Assembly (NCBI RefSeq): GCF_006345805.1
Contig: NC_042997.1
Span: 120,528,001-120,592,000, forward strand
Length of the DNA stretch: 64,000 nt
Reading direction: 5' to 3'
Source: Octopus sinensis
Taxonomy: Eukaryota
How positions within the stretch are numbered: the first letter of the stretch is position 1; each line of letters opens with the position of its first letter. Position numbers and translations under genes: made by a program. Below, piece after piece: positions 13,050-26,266 of this stretch. Below the pieces are notes generated by a model. It worked only from the letters and a program-made list of their open reading frames with translations, ran no database searches and was not told the origin of the DNA.

Positions 13050-14985
13050 CCTCTGCCATTAGAATCTACATAGTCCGATGTATATTTCTAGAGGATTTCA
13101 TTTAAAAATATCAATTGTCTTGAAAGTTAAGCGGAATTGTAATTTTCCGTCGAATTTTCCGAAATTCCCCAGCCCATCCTCTCCTAAAATACTCCCTCCC
13201 CCAGTTGTTTTATATGCGGAATATAGATGACATGACACATATTCGTAAAAAATGTTATTAAAAAATATCCATTTTCTTGAAAGTTATGATCATCCAAATT
13301 CGGGTTGGTGGAGAAATCTGTAGTTATCCCAAGTTGTCTACAATATCAAGTTCAGCCAAAACAATGTCTCTGTACAGGGAATGAGAGATAGCTACATAAA
13401 GGGAAGCATGCCAAGAAACAAACAGAATGTGTACTACAAAAGTTAGAGCATCTCACAGTGATGAAGAGAGGTACGCACGACTGACAAGGAATAGGATTAC
13501 CACTGCATAACGAAGATCAGCTGCAACAGCTCAGAGAAGCAACTTCTATGAAGCAGCTTTCAGTTATGATTCAGAAGGTCATTATACAGTTGCAATTATA
13601 GTTTCCTTTTGTAAAATGACAACTGAGTGCATACAATTTAAAGCAAAGAAGTAGTCTGGAGAGACACCTGCACTGTGCTACAGTGATGGAAAGGTTAAAC
13701 GTCCTGAAATCCCCAACCTCCAGAGCCATTGAAGAAACTAACCAACATTCCAAGCACTTCCAAAACAAAATTAGACAGTACAATGCTGTACTACAGATGA
13801 CATCATTTGGAGCCACAAGCGCTATAACTAAACCAGGATTCATGCAAACTTTCCAGATCCAAGGTCAGAGTTATATTCGGATTAGCTTTCTATTACCTCA
13901 GTCAAATGAATCAGCAAAATTCCTTCAAGTATATTTTATGGGTGATTATCAACAATAAGGTCAAGAAAGGTGCAAGAACATTTCCGGCATAAGAATGAAC
14001 ATTGTAGTTATTCTGCAAAAGATAATGCATAACGACAACATTCTGATCAGGAGCATCAAGACTGCATTTAAAACATTTCACGTGACTCTATGGATTACAA
14101 AGTAGTTATCAGATCAGACAAGAAACTATCTGGACAACATGGAGGCATGTTTAATGCGCCAACAGCAAGTGAAATAGTTGTGCTTCTGGTTGGGCAAGAA
14201 CATGAGAAGTGTGACATTGTCCTCCGGCTCAGATACAGCACACTGACAGATACAGTCCAACTACAAATGTATGTTCCGAAAAATACCACTCACAGCATTC
14301 TTCAAGTCCTGTCAAGATCATGAATTTGCTAGAAGACTGCTATACAAAGAAGTTCCACACTTTTATACCTGGTACCAAAACAAATGCAAAAGACTTGCAG
14401 TTGGAACACCTACACATCACCCGGGAATCAAGAAATCAGGCACACTTAGCAGAGTCTATGTTGCCCATCTCAACTACTCAGAGTGCTACTATGTAAGACT
14501 ATCATACCAAGGGACCCACATCATTTAAGGCCTTATTTTCGGTTGATAAAACAGTATGTAAAACATGTCGCGAAGCTTGCCATCTCAGAGGTCTTCTTGA
14601 AGATGATGCACATTGGGATGCTACTCTAACAGAGGCACAAATGTGCAAGTCTCCTATGCAGCTGAGAAACCTCTTCTCCTTCATGGAAACATGATGAGTG
14701 AGAATGTCTTCATTCCTAGGATACCTTTCATCTCAAATTATCTCCCCTTTCAGTTAAAAAGACTGCAGTTTCCTACTGAAAATGGCTTTGCAATGTTTAT
14801 CAACAAAGCACAAGGGCAATCTCTAAAGAAGGTCGGAATTAACATGATTCAGTCTTGATTCTCACATAGTGAGCTGTATGTTGGATGTTCTAGAGTTAGA
14901 AATTAAAAGAACCTCTAAATTCTCTGTGATAAACAGGGTAAGACAGAAAAAAACGGTATATTAAGAGGCACTTACATGAATAGTA
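13050..14985 (+). mobile_element. Internally deleted Helitron (RepHel remnants)
   Basis: Motifs include GETPALCYSDGK, FQNKIRQYNAVLQMTSFGA, FNAPTASEI, LLYKEVPHFYTW, CREACHLRGLLEDDAHW and the PIF1-like C-terminus IPRIP...LKRLQFP..FAMFINKAQGQSL...SHSELYVGCSRV. Confidence 0.88.
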
Positions 14986-15796
14986 GGTCCATGTCATATA
15001 TACACCTGTGTGTATAAAAGTGAAACAATAACGTGATATATTCGCTGTATGTGTGTGCGCGCGCGCGAGTGAGTATATATGTGTATCTGTGTGTGGGCGC
15101 GTGCAAGGGTGAGTGTGTGTGTGTGTGTGTTTATGTGTACTATATGCACGGCCTTTCATTGATTTTAATCTGTATCTGTTTTTTGGTTACGAAATGAGTT
15201 AGACAAACGTGTATTTACTTTATATACGTATACGAGTTGAAAGATTTCTGTTAACATTTCACTTAACGTCTATGTTCCATGTTGACATGAATTGCAGAGT
15301 TATGTCGAAATTTGGAATCTCAGCCACTGCATAAAGTCCATATCTAAAGTCTTACGGCCGTTTCCAAAATATATACGTTGCTATGTGCTAGATAATTCCA
15401 ACTCTTCATTCGGAATTCGCAAGTACATTTATGGACCTACATATTTTTATATATTTGTATTTATGAAGTTTTATGTGTTTATAATTTATCATGTTTTTTA
15501 ATTTTTATATATTTACGAATTTTCGTGTATATGAATGTATGTGTAAATTCTTAGAATTTTTTAAAATATATTATATAGATGAATTCATCTATGTATGTAC
15601 TCTGTGTACCATGGAGAATTTCGTCTAATATGGATTGACTGAATATATACATCGACCTTTGAATTTGTTTTCTATTCTCCTTAATTTTATATTCCTAAAG
15701 CTCTATCAGAACGCTAATCGGTTGAGCTATATAAAGTGGATATCTACATCACTTTTTTTTCATTGTTCTCTCTCTCCCTCTCTTTCTCTCTTTCTC

Positions 15797-15863
<67 letters not shown>

Positions 15864-15906
15864 ATTGTTATTATCATTATTATTATAATTATTATTATTA
15901 TTATTA

Positions 15907-15947
<41 letters not shown>

Positions 15948-16822
15948 TATTATTATTATATACATACATACACACGTGTATTATGAGTGTGTGTTTGTGT
16001 GTGTAACTTCGTATATACTCTGGACGACATGGTATAGGGTTTAATTGCAATAGGAACCTCGTAGGTATTGCCGAAACTCACCATACGTCTGTACATATGA
16101 ACAATATCATCGCGCAATTTACCATTTTACTGTCATGCAAATTTATAATTACTTTAGATTACGCCAATTTGGAGTATTGCTTCAAAATCACATTATAGAA
16201 GACGAACATTATATTTATTATTACATTATAACCCAGCTTCAATTAATTTAATCAAAGCTGATTCGGGTTTGTTATAATATGAATTAAAGCATCAAGATCT
16301 CCATTAAGTGTATTTCCCTCTGCGTCTACTGCTAACGAGTGTTTAACTATTATATTTACTATGCTTATTATAATATGAAAGCCCATATGAATAACATATG
16401 CCTGTTCAAACATACACCTATGAAACTCTGAGTTTCAGATGCCGAAGTGGAAATCCACAACACCATCTCTTCGGTTATCTGGCTATTTGAAAACGTTATG
16501 AAAAAATACCGTTAAAAATGAAGGGAAATTACTCTGTTATAACTCTGCTTTGCCTGCGTACTTATACATCGCTCGTATTTTTCGTCATAAAAATTATATA
16601 AAAATACATAAAAATATATAAAAATATATAAAATCTTCTTGGGACATAACACAGAAAGCATGTTCTATCCGTTTTCTTTAGGGGACCAAAAACGTAACAG
16701 AAATTTAGTCACATGTGGGCATGATCCGAAAAGCTCTGTCCTTGTATTTAGACATGTGGTAGGGTCTAAGCTGCTTTTCCAGATAAGCCATCTCTCCATG
16801 TCGCATAAACCGCACATTCCCT

Positions 16823-17931
16823 AACGTACATTTCGCCATCTACAAAGATGATGCCCTCACCTTAACAGCTAATACAAATGGACCAGCACAAGATCGTTTT
16901 AGGAAGGATATTATCCAGTTAATGAAACACTTCGGACTTAGTATAACTATAGACACTAACCTGACGGTTGTCAATTTCTTAGACGTTTCCTTAGATCTTA
17001 ATAATAATATTTATAAGCCTTATAGGAAGCCCAATGATAGACTAAGTTATATTAATGTAGGTTCATGCCATCCCCCTATAGTATTCAAAAATTTAGTTAA
17101 AAATATTAGTAAGAGGATTTCTAGTCTCTCATCTAATGAGGACATCTTCAATAGCGTTGCCCCAGTTTATAATAAAGCTTTAAAAGATAGTGGTTTTAGC
17201 GAAAAAATAAAATATACACCTATCACCAGCCAACAATAAGGAAAAGGAATAATAGAAATAGGAAGGTCATCTGGTTTACGCCCCCTTACTCACCCGAGGT
17301 GGCCTTCAATATAGGTAAATATTTCCTAGCACTGATAGATAGACATTTTCCAGTTAACCATGCTTATAGGAAACTCTTCAATAGACACAATTTAAAAATT
17401 AGTTTTAGTTCAACTACCAATTTTAAAAACATAATCAATCATAACATACAAAAAACACAAGAAGAAAACAGCTGTTCATGCAGGAATAAAGAATTGTGCC
17501 CGCTAAATGGAGCTTGCATGTCCAAGACCATCATATATGAAGCTACCGTAAACTCTATAACCACTAAAGACACCGTTTCGACGAAGAAATACGTGGGCCT
17601 GACAGAGGGTAATTTCAAGGCCAGGTTCAATAACCACACTTTGAGCTTTAGGCACTGGAACAAAAGAAAAGCGACACAATTATCCAATCATATTTGGTCT
17701 TTAAGAGATAAAGGTGTCGATTATAACATACAATGGAAGATTTTGGCCAGATGTAAGCCCTATACTAACGGCAGCGGAAGGTGCGGTTTATGCGACATGG
17801 AGAGATGGCTTATCTGGAAAAGCAGCTTAGACCCTACCACATGTCTAAATACAAGGACAGAGCTTTTCGGATCATGCCCACATGTGACTAAATTTCTGTT
17901 ACGTTTTTGGTCCCCTAAAGAAAACGGATAG
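16823..17931 (+). pseudogene. PLE RT (C-terminal half) plus C-terminal GIY-YIG endonuclease, with a frameshift at ~17235
   Basis: IYKDD at 16838 is in frame with VNFLDVSLDL..YKPYRKP. After the frameshift come KVIWFTPPYS, CSCRNKELCPLNGAC, IIYEA...YVGLT..FKARFNNH, CGLC and LNTRTELFGSCPH. It may belong to the Hydra clade (inference). Confidence 0.92.
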
Positions 17932-18115
17932 AACATGCTTTCTGTGTTATGTCCCAAGAAGATTTTATATATTTTTATATATTTTTATGTATTTTTATAT
18001 AATTTTTATGACGAAAAATGCGAGCGATGTATAAGTACGCAGGCAAAGCAGAGTTATAACAGAGTAATTTCCCTTCATTTTTAACGGTATTTTTTCATAA
18101 CGTTTTCAAATAGCC

Positions 18116-18178
18116 AGATAACCGAAGAGATGGTGTTGTGGATTTCCACTTCGGCATCTGAAACTCAGAGTTTTATCT
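18116..18178 (+). ncRNA. Type-I hammerhead ribozyme motif (CCGAAGA core variant) in the PLE 3' region
   Basis: Stem I agataa/ttatct, core CCGAAGA, stem II gatg/catc, (T)GAAA, stem III ACTC-a-GAGT. Predicted cleavage after GUU at 18172. Confidence 0.7.
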
Positions 18179-18276
18179 TGACTACCGAGTAATGTAACAT
18201 ATTGTATAGATAAATTTCCTCTATTTACATAATATTGAGGTCTCTTTCTTTCTTTTGTTATCTTACCGTTTTATCA

Positions 18277-18311
<35 letters not shown>

Positions 18312-18316
18312 TATAT

Positions 18317-18522
18317 ACTTATATTGTTTTACTCTTTTATTTGTTTCAGTCAATTGACAGCGGCCATGCTGGAACACGCCCTGCACTCAAACAAAGCGAC
18401 TCCACAAATTGTTCTTTGTAAGCCTAGTACTTATTCTATAGGGCTATTTTGCCGAACCGCTATGTTACGAGCACGTAAACACACATCGGTTGTCAAGTGA
18501 TAGCGAGCGGATAAGCATAGAA

Positions 18523-18553
<31 letters not shown>

Positions 18554-18554
18554 C

Positions 18555-18635
<81 letters not shown>

Positions 18636-18866
18636 AAACATATATATATATATATATACATATAGGTATATATGTATATATATATGTGTATATATATAAA
18701 TACGACGGGCTTTTTTCAGTTTCCGTTTACCAAATCCGCTCAAAAGTCTTTGGTCAGGCCGAGTATATAATAGAAGTCACTTGCTCAAGGTGCCAGGCAG
18801 TGGGACTGAACCCAGAACCATGTGATTGTTAGGCAACCTACTTATCACACAGCCACTCCTAGCTCC
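18317..18866 (-). mobile_element. tRNA/CORE-like SINE with internal microsatellite
   Basis: Reverse complement of the 56741-57150 family. Confidence 0.85.
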
Positions 18867-19193
18867 AGAATATATGTGTGAGTGTGTGACCATAACATAC
18901 ACGTACACACACACACATATATATAGCATCATCTCTCGATATAATATATATATTTGTATATATAAGATAAGATGCAAGTATTTGTGACTTTGGTCAAATT
19001 TTTCGACGAATCATACAAGTTGCACCATCATGGCTGCGGTCCAAATACTTTGTCTAACTTATTTCAAACACCCCCACCCAAAAAAACAGGTACAGTTTAT
19101 AACCAATGAAAGGCCGTGCGTACAATATACATACACGTGCGCGCACACGCACAGTGAATATATCAGGTTATCATTTCTCTTTTACACACACAT

Positions 19194-19367
19194 AGGTGCA
19201 GAAGAGGCTGTGTCGTAAATAGCTTGCTAACCAACCACATGGTTCTGGGTTCAGTCCCACTGCGTAGCATCTTGTGCAAGTGTCTTCTATTATAACCTCA
19301 GGCCACCAAAGGCTTGTGAGAGGATTTCGTAGACGGAAACTGAAAGAAGCCCGTCGCATATACGTAT

Positions 19368-19441
<74 letters not shown>

Positions 19442-19560
19442 TGTGTGTATGTGTGAGTGTGTTTGTGTCTGTTTGTGTGTCCCTCAACATCGCTTAACTA
19501 AAGGCGGTGCTCCAGCATGGACCAAGACAAAAGACTGAAAGAAGTAAATGAGTAAAAGAG
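19194..19560 (+). mobile_element. tRNA/CORE-like SINE with internal microsatellite (internally deleted)
   Basis: ggtgcagaagaggctgtg...gggttcagtcccactgcg...gcaagtgtcttct, ending in a gagtaaaagag tail. Confidence 0.85.
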
Positions 19561-20332
19561 TTAATGACAGACACACATTCACGCATGTCAGTCGGAAATT
19601 GAAAGTGTAATATTAAACTTTAACGCTAAATGGTTTACACTTCTATATATGACATGGACCGACAATTTATGTAAGTGCTTCTGTCTTGCCAAGTTAATCA
19701 CTGTGAATGTAGAGGTTCTTTTCATCTCTAAATCTAGAACATCCAACATACAGCTGACCATGTGAGGATGAAGGCAGAAGGATGTTAAATATCTCTATAT
19801 GTGGTGTGTTTGTGTGTATGCGAATGAACGGATGTATCTATTACATGCAGAACCCTCACACAATACGCACACACATACACACAAGCACACTCACACACAC
19901 ATATATATATATTAATTTTTACAGATGACTGCTAATCAAACGATCTTCTGAATCAGCTTATTACTATCCCTCCCCTCCCTCTGTCTATCTACATACATAC
20001 ACAAATATATGTACATAGACACAAACATATACACATGCATACAGAGAGAGAGAGAGAGTGTGGAGCGATTGGCAGTCAGATAAACATAAGACAAGCGAGC
20101 AGATAGATAGACCGATGGATAGATACTTAGATAGGTTAGAATAAAATGTAAATTGACTATGTGGGTGTGATACAGATTGCCATCAATAAGCTCTAGGAGA
20201 AATCCCAATTATATACTCCAAGTTCTTCATCAACATTACTTACTGAGGAAATAGTGTACCGGCTATAATAAAGATTGTCATCATTCTTATGGAAGCTTAA
20301 AAAAGAAAATACATTCAGGAGTAAGGAATAGG

Positions 20333-20368
<36 letters not shown>

Positions 20369-21608
20369 ATATATATATATGGAACTTTGCAAAAACAAAT
20401 TACATGATATAAAATCTTATCCTTATAGCTATTTAGAACACTAGTCGATGCCAGATGCATTTTATTCAATGAAGTGTGATAGTAAATTGCTATTGTCGTA
20501 CACATAAAAATCAAACGAAAAATATCAAAGGGCACAGATTTTGAATGTTATATGCAGCAAACACACGACATTTTAATGAGATGTATTCTTTAAATAGGTT
20601 GTAAAATTCTTACATAATAGAGTTCTCCTCCTCTGGTGTGACAACAAAAACATGACCAAGTGTTCCTTCTTTGAACACAATCAAAGGGCCTTCAACGTCT
20701 TTTTCTCGTTTTACTCTTTGCTATACGTTGTTCCTACTGATCCTTTTGAAACACATGGGTACTTCAGCATAAAGTTATATTTTTGCAATGTCATTATTGA
20801 TGCACAATGTTGTCAATGTTGTAGTGATATGTCGTACATGGACAGCCATGTATATCCTTATTTTTCTGAGCTATATTCTTTGTTCAGCTTGTAGATGAAC
20901 TTGCAATCTTATTAATTCAAGTGCTCGTCATGAATTGAAAATTCTTAAAGGATGCAACTGATTTGCATGCTCTAATATACTTACTCATTAAATATTGTCT
21001 AATTTCGTTATCATTGTTTATTTGAGCAGCAACTTGTCAGCGTGCAGTTGGTGATGTACATAGTTGACCTCACTGAGGCAACGATTTCAACGTTGCAGTG
21101 GCGTTTGAATGCTCATGGAAATGTTTCTTTATAAGGCACAACACATTTGTTAATGTTTGTTATCACAGTCAGCTCCTACCATTGCAACTGATTTTCGTCT
21201 ATAATTTTCGTCTAAGTAATTTTCCTCTTTCAAGAAAATCAGTACCTCTGATTTAAAAAAAATATCTCATAAGAAATATAGCTTTTGTATCTTTTAGTCC
21301 ACGGCACTCCAAAAGTTGTATAAATATTTAAGAAGTACGACAAAAGAACGGGACACAGTAGCTTTGACGATTCTTTGAAGTGTGGCCGATTTCATTTCTT
21401 TCTTCTTAAAGAGGGAGATGTCTAGTTTATTTATACACTGTTTCATCTTAATCAAAGAGCAAGAAAACAGACAGACAACTCTTGAATCTTTGTATAATAT
21501 ATATACGTGTGTATTTTTCTGTTTGTGTATGCGTGTGTACATATATATATTCAAACATGCAAACATACATATATAAATACACACATATATATTTATATAT
21601 ATATATAT

Positions 21609-21645
<37 letters not shown>

Positions 21646-22699
21646 TGGAAGGAAAGAAAGAGAAAACAGAGAGAAAGGACGAGACGGAGAAAGACAGAAT
21701 GAAAGAGACAGAATCCATGGTCTTCTAGAAAAAAGGATGATGATAAGAGAAAAAGTGGGCAGGTTCTAACTGTGTAACATGATGAATAATTTTGGGATAG
21801 AGAAAAACGCTTTGTAGTTCATATGATAGTATAGCTTACTTCTGTTCAGAACAAAGGCCCGAGGAGGATAGGTGGGTAGCGGTGTGTGAGTATGTCATGG
21901 TTAGTTATCAACTATCGTCCCAAGTTAGAAAGATTTTCTGCAAAATTAAGGGGAAGGAGGCTATTTTAAATTATTTTAACCGCATCAGTAGTAGGAATAT
22001 CGGCATATTCCAAGCATAAACACAATGCCTAGGGATCGAAAGCTGAATTACTGCGTACATATGTGAAATTTATTTTAAACTACAGACAGGTTCTTGTCAA
22101 GGACTCTCGACATTAGCAAACAAATAGCCATTCAAGTATCTTGTAGAATCATTAAAAATTTATCCTTATCGGCAGTTATATGACCGGCGCAATTCGACAG
22201 AACTAACAGATGTTTAACCCATTAGAATCCCAAGTGTTTTAAACATTTTTGGATGAACAAAAGATAGGAATGTCATTAATGATTTTTGTCTTTAGTAGAT
22301 TTTCTAATTCTTACCATGGTTGTGTATAAATAGTTTATCTGGTAACTAAATTATGGTTGCAAAATAGTCAAGATCAATATTTGAAGCAACCTACGCCACT
22401 CAACGATAACAAGCAACTCTCATTGCTGACACACATGTCCCAATAAATAATTCACTGTATGGCATCGCTTGCTACTTTAATCCTATTTTCGAAAGTCATA
22501 GAACATTTTTCTGCGCTTGTCCACCCACATCGCTCCACAACTTGTGTTCTTTTGTTTACGTCTCCATAACTTAGTGGATCCGCCAAATTTAGAAGCAAGC
22601 ATACTGCTGTAAATATAAGCACTGAAAAATGTCCATAGATAATTTCAAATGGCTTTACCGAGGAGGATTTATGGGTGCATTTCCTGCTATATATTCATG

Positions 22700-22912
22700 T
22701 CTTTGTTGCCCACACGGGGCTAAGTACAGAGGGGACACACAAGGAAAGACAAAGGGATTAAGTCGATTACATCGACCTCAGTGCGATACTGGTACTTATT
22801 TAACCGACCCCGAAAGGATGAAAGGCAAAGTCGATCTCGACGGCATTTGAACTCAGAACGTAGCGGCAGGCGAAATAGCGTTAAGCATTTCGCCCGGCGT
22901 GCTGACGTTTAT
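22700..22912 (-). mobile_element. tRNA-derived SINE (family of 47252-47499)
   Basis: Reverse complement match: accgaccccgaaaggatgaaaggcaaagtcga...aagcatttcgcccggcgtgct. Confidence 0.85.
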
Positions 22913-23246
22913 GCAAACCTGAAAGGTACATATTCAATATTATTATTGACATGATATGTAGAACTCATGTGTGTATGTGTGTGGTAGATGCATGCGTGTA
23001 AACATGGATATATACATACATACATCTGTATATAAGCCATTGTGCATATTCGTGTGCTCTGCGTTTAAGCGTATGCATGTTCCTGTGTACGTGATTTTGG
23101 TTTTCTCTTTTTCTCACACACATTTCACAAGTAGCTTAGCAATTCCCGCACAGATTGTGACACAATTATAATTCAGTAAGCATAAGTACTGGGGCCGATT
23201 TATTACACTAATTCTATCAAGATATTTTACCTCACAATATCTAGCC

Positions 23247-23512
23247 CAGTGGTTCTCAAACATTTTTGGGTTGCTGCCTAATTTGACCCAGGCCCCATTT
23301 CTGGCGCCCTCTAACCATCAAATGCATAAACCTCTTCCTGAAGCAAATTCAAAGTAACTGTATTTCACAAATAAAACTTAACTTAATAAACCCATTTTTT
23401 TCTTGTTTTTAAATGAATCGCTACTCCATTATCGCCCCACATTTCTTCAATGGTCCTTTGGAACATTCCACCGCCCCCAAGAGGGCAATACCGCCCAATT
23501 TGGGAACCAATG
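23247..23512. mobile_element. hAT/Charlie-type MITE
   Basis: TIRs cagtggttctcaaa / tttgggaaccaatg. The 8-bp flanks atctagcc and ctctagcg resemble the NTCTAGAN Charlie target site. Confidence 0.8.
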
Positions 23513-23781
23513 CTCTAGCGCAATGTCAGAAAACAGAAAATAATAGAAGTACTCAATCAAACACGCCCAATCACGTATATACATAAATAAATAATGCATA
23601 CAATTATATATATATACATATATATATATGAGAAATAATTGAATTTCAATTGAATTAGGTACTTAGGTTGAAGCACAAAGTCAGTCCAATATTATCCATA
23701 CAGCTCAAAGTAAGGTGAGTAAAATCAAAATAAGCAATAGCGACAACATGAATTTCGTCCATGGTCTTGCTCTAATAAATT

Positions 23782-24487
23782 ATTCAGCGGACACCAGAAC
23801 AATAGGCGGGCAAGACAGATGGAAATTATATAACTGGTGTCCGCAGAATGTTTCTCTAGAGAACATTCTTTCTTTGTAGTTTGATCGTAGGTGATCTATT
23901 TCTAGCATATGGCTGTCCACATAGTGGTTTTTATTACTTAAAATATACACATGCATTAGAATTTTCTCTGATTTTTCAGATTTTTGTATGCTAGGCTACT
24001 AGTTTTAAATTGATATTAATTAAATTAATATTCAATTTATCTCCCTCATTATTTAAATATTAAAATAAATATGTTCTCTAATAGGCAGCATTAACTGCAG
24101 TAAATTATTTGCTGCAGTTTTGGTTTCCGGAATTTAGCGCGCCAGATCTCAGACATTTGAAATTAACCCCAATGTAATCGTTGGAAATAAGCACGTGTCT
24201 GTTTTTATACGGAAAACTGATGGTTAGTTTTACGAATTATATTGCTTTTGGAACGATCGTACTGATGAGTCCTACGGAAGAAGGATTACGTAAGTGATTT
24301 ATTCGTTAATAGGCGAAACCGTTTTGCGATTAATTCTTGTTTTTTATATAATTTTCATCTGCCTTGCCCGCCTATTGTTCTGGTGTCCGCTGAATTTTCT
24401 CTAGAGGACATTCTTTCTTTGTAGTTTTATTGTAGGTAATCTATTTCTAGCATATGGCTGTCCACATAGTGGTTTTTAGCCCTTAAA

Positions 24488-24494
<7 letters not shown>
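23782..24494 (+). mobile_element. Non-coding PLE pseudo-LTR/retrozyme-like element
   Basis: ~115-bp direct repeats at 23834-23949 and 24380-24494. A 52-bp inverted segment at 23782-23833 is the reverse complement of 24344-24395. It has an internal HHR and ends in (TA)n. Confidence 0.75.
24255..24331 (+). ncRNA. Type-I hammerhead ribozyme motif
   Basis: Stem I gatcgta/tgcgatt, core CTGATGA, stem II g(t)ccta/taggc, GAAA, stem III ACCGTT (one change from the palindrome ACCGGT). Confidence 0.75.
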
Positions 24495-24531
<37 letters not shown>

Positions 24532-25398
24532 TATATATATGTATGTATGTGCATGTCTTTATGTGTGTATGTGTGTTCGTATGTGTGCAAGTGTCTGAGT
24601 GTGCGTGTAGTCATATATGAGTACAGATGTGCTTGGAATGTTAAGATCTGATGACATTCTCACAATTACTATTCGCATTGTACCATATTGTATAACAATA
24701 ACATCCGGAGATATTTGATACGGTAGACTACAGTAAAACCACCTGAAAATCGATTATATCCGTCCTGCTTTTCTATATTGAAAAACAGTATCTGTGAAAG
24801 TACTGAATCCGCTTAGTTGTAATGCATATATCTTATATATTGCATGAAATCATTTGAAATCGTATCTTAGAGATTTATCTCATAAAATTCTTCCTGCTTC
24901 TCATGTTCTGTTTGAATACAGATTGGTTCTGTTGGAATACATGAAAGCAGAACTTAAAATAAGACATGGTCCTCTAAAACATAATATTCGTAAGTTAATT
25001 ATATAAGTTAATTATGTGTAAATGCTAATTCTAAGTAGTGATATGGTTCATGGAGATAAATAACGAACCTAGAAAGTTTAAGTTTGTGAGAAGTATTGTC
25101 TGATGGTGACGTTAGCATGAATTGTACAGAAATGATTTTAGCTGCAACACTCAATCTTGTTACTGCCATGCCGCATGATTTTCAGCATTCTGTTATAATT
25201 GTTAAGTTACATTGTATTACAATGCTACCCTCGTAGAACAAATGAGAAGAGAAATTGTAACTAATTTGTACGTGTGGATTCTATTGCAATGAGTAATAAG
25301 AAACCACTGTGGTCAGGTAACTACACACGCACACACTCAAGCATTATGTACGCACACACATATACATGCATATTGAAATCGTATCCATAGTGTATGCT

Positions 25399-25457
<59 letters not shown>

Positions 25458-25459
25458 TT

Positions 25460-26140
25460 CGAATTTACAGAAACAAAGGACGAAGTGAGGCGATGAAACA
25501 ACAAGCAGGCGTATTAGTTTCACTCTTGGGAAGAACAGAAAAGACTTCGGCGTTTCGTTTAGGAAGTGTGTGTGGATGCGTACATAATGGTGTGGGTACT
25601 GTGAGGTGTATATGGACTGTGAAGGTGAATGTGGGTGTGTGGTTAATGGTGTGCGCTGTAAGTACTGAGTTGAACAGTGTTTATGGGTATTTGCATAGTG
25701 GTGTTTGGTGAGGATACTCAGTTAGATGGTGTATGGGTATGGGGTGGATGGTAGGAAGTTGGATTTAGATGAAGAGAGTTGGCGGTTTACGGCCATATGT
25801 AATAAAGGAAGGAAGGAAGAAGATCAATTGTTTTCACGACGGAGGCGCGATCCGAGTGAAAACTGTAGAAACAGTCGGAAGACAGACTCATGGTTCAGCG
25901 GTTGATCGGCGGAGCGGAAGTGCTGCGAGACCGGGATATTGCCGACTCTGATGTCTCGAAGGTGCTCAGTGAACCGGTCGGCCACGCGGCGTCTTGTTTG
26001 ATCAGTGTACAGAGAAGGACAGATAGTGCAGGATAGGCACTAGATAATATTGCTGGAGGCACAGGTAAACGAGCCGGCCAAGTGATAGGGAAGGTGGTGG
26101 CTGCCGGTGAGGATATTGGTTGTGGAGAGGTAGGGGCAGA
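25460..26140 (-). mobile_element. Penelope-like element 3' fragment (Cys-rich linker, GIY-YIG, 3' region), Neptune/Poseidon-like
   Basis: An unlisted minus-strand frame reads CSHSCYCICP...GSFTCASSNII*CLSCTICPSLYTDQTRRRVADRFTEHLRDIR. Confidence 0.82.
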
Positions 26141-26232
26141 TGCAATAGCATGAGTGAGAGCATAGAAAGGAGCCAGTTTGGGAGTCACATATATGTGTGT
26201 GTGTATGTGTATAGGCACATTGTAAATATATA

Positions 26233-26264
<32 letters not shown>

Positions 26265-26266
<2 letters not shown>

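Larger units (their letters stand above)
16423..18277 (+). mobile_element. 5'-truncated Penelope-like retroelement with an inverted 5' pseudo-LTR
   Basis: 16423-16820 is a near-perfect reverse complement of 17776-18173. RT and GIY-YIG coding sequence lies between them, and the 3' end abuts (TA)n. Confidence 0.93.

Noticed and set aside
16639-16824. 61-aa ORF duplicated at 17760-17957(-)
   Set aside because: It is the antisense reading of the PLE endonuclease end, duplicated by the inverted pLTR.
17299-17931. Selenoprotein (Naiad-type) PLE
   Set aside because: The endonuclease is C-terminal and there are no in-frame TGA codons at Cys positions; the ORF break at ~17235 is a frameshift/TAA.
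24645-24670. CTGATGA as a hammerhead core (also CTGACGA at ~61405(-) and ~58658(-))
   Set aside because: There is no properly placed GAAA, stem III or stem I.
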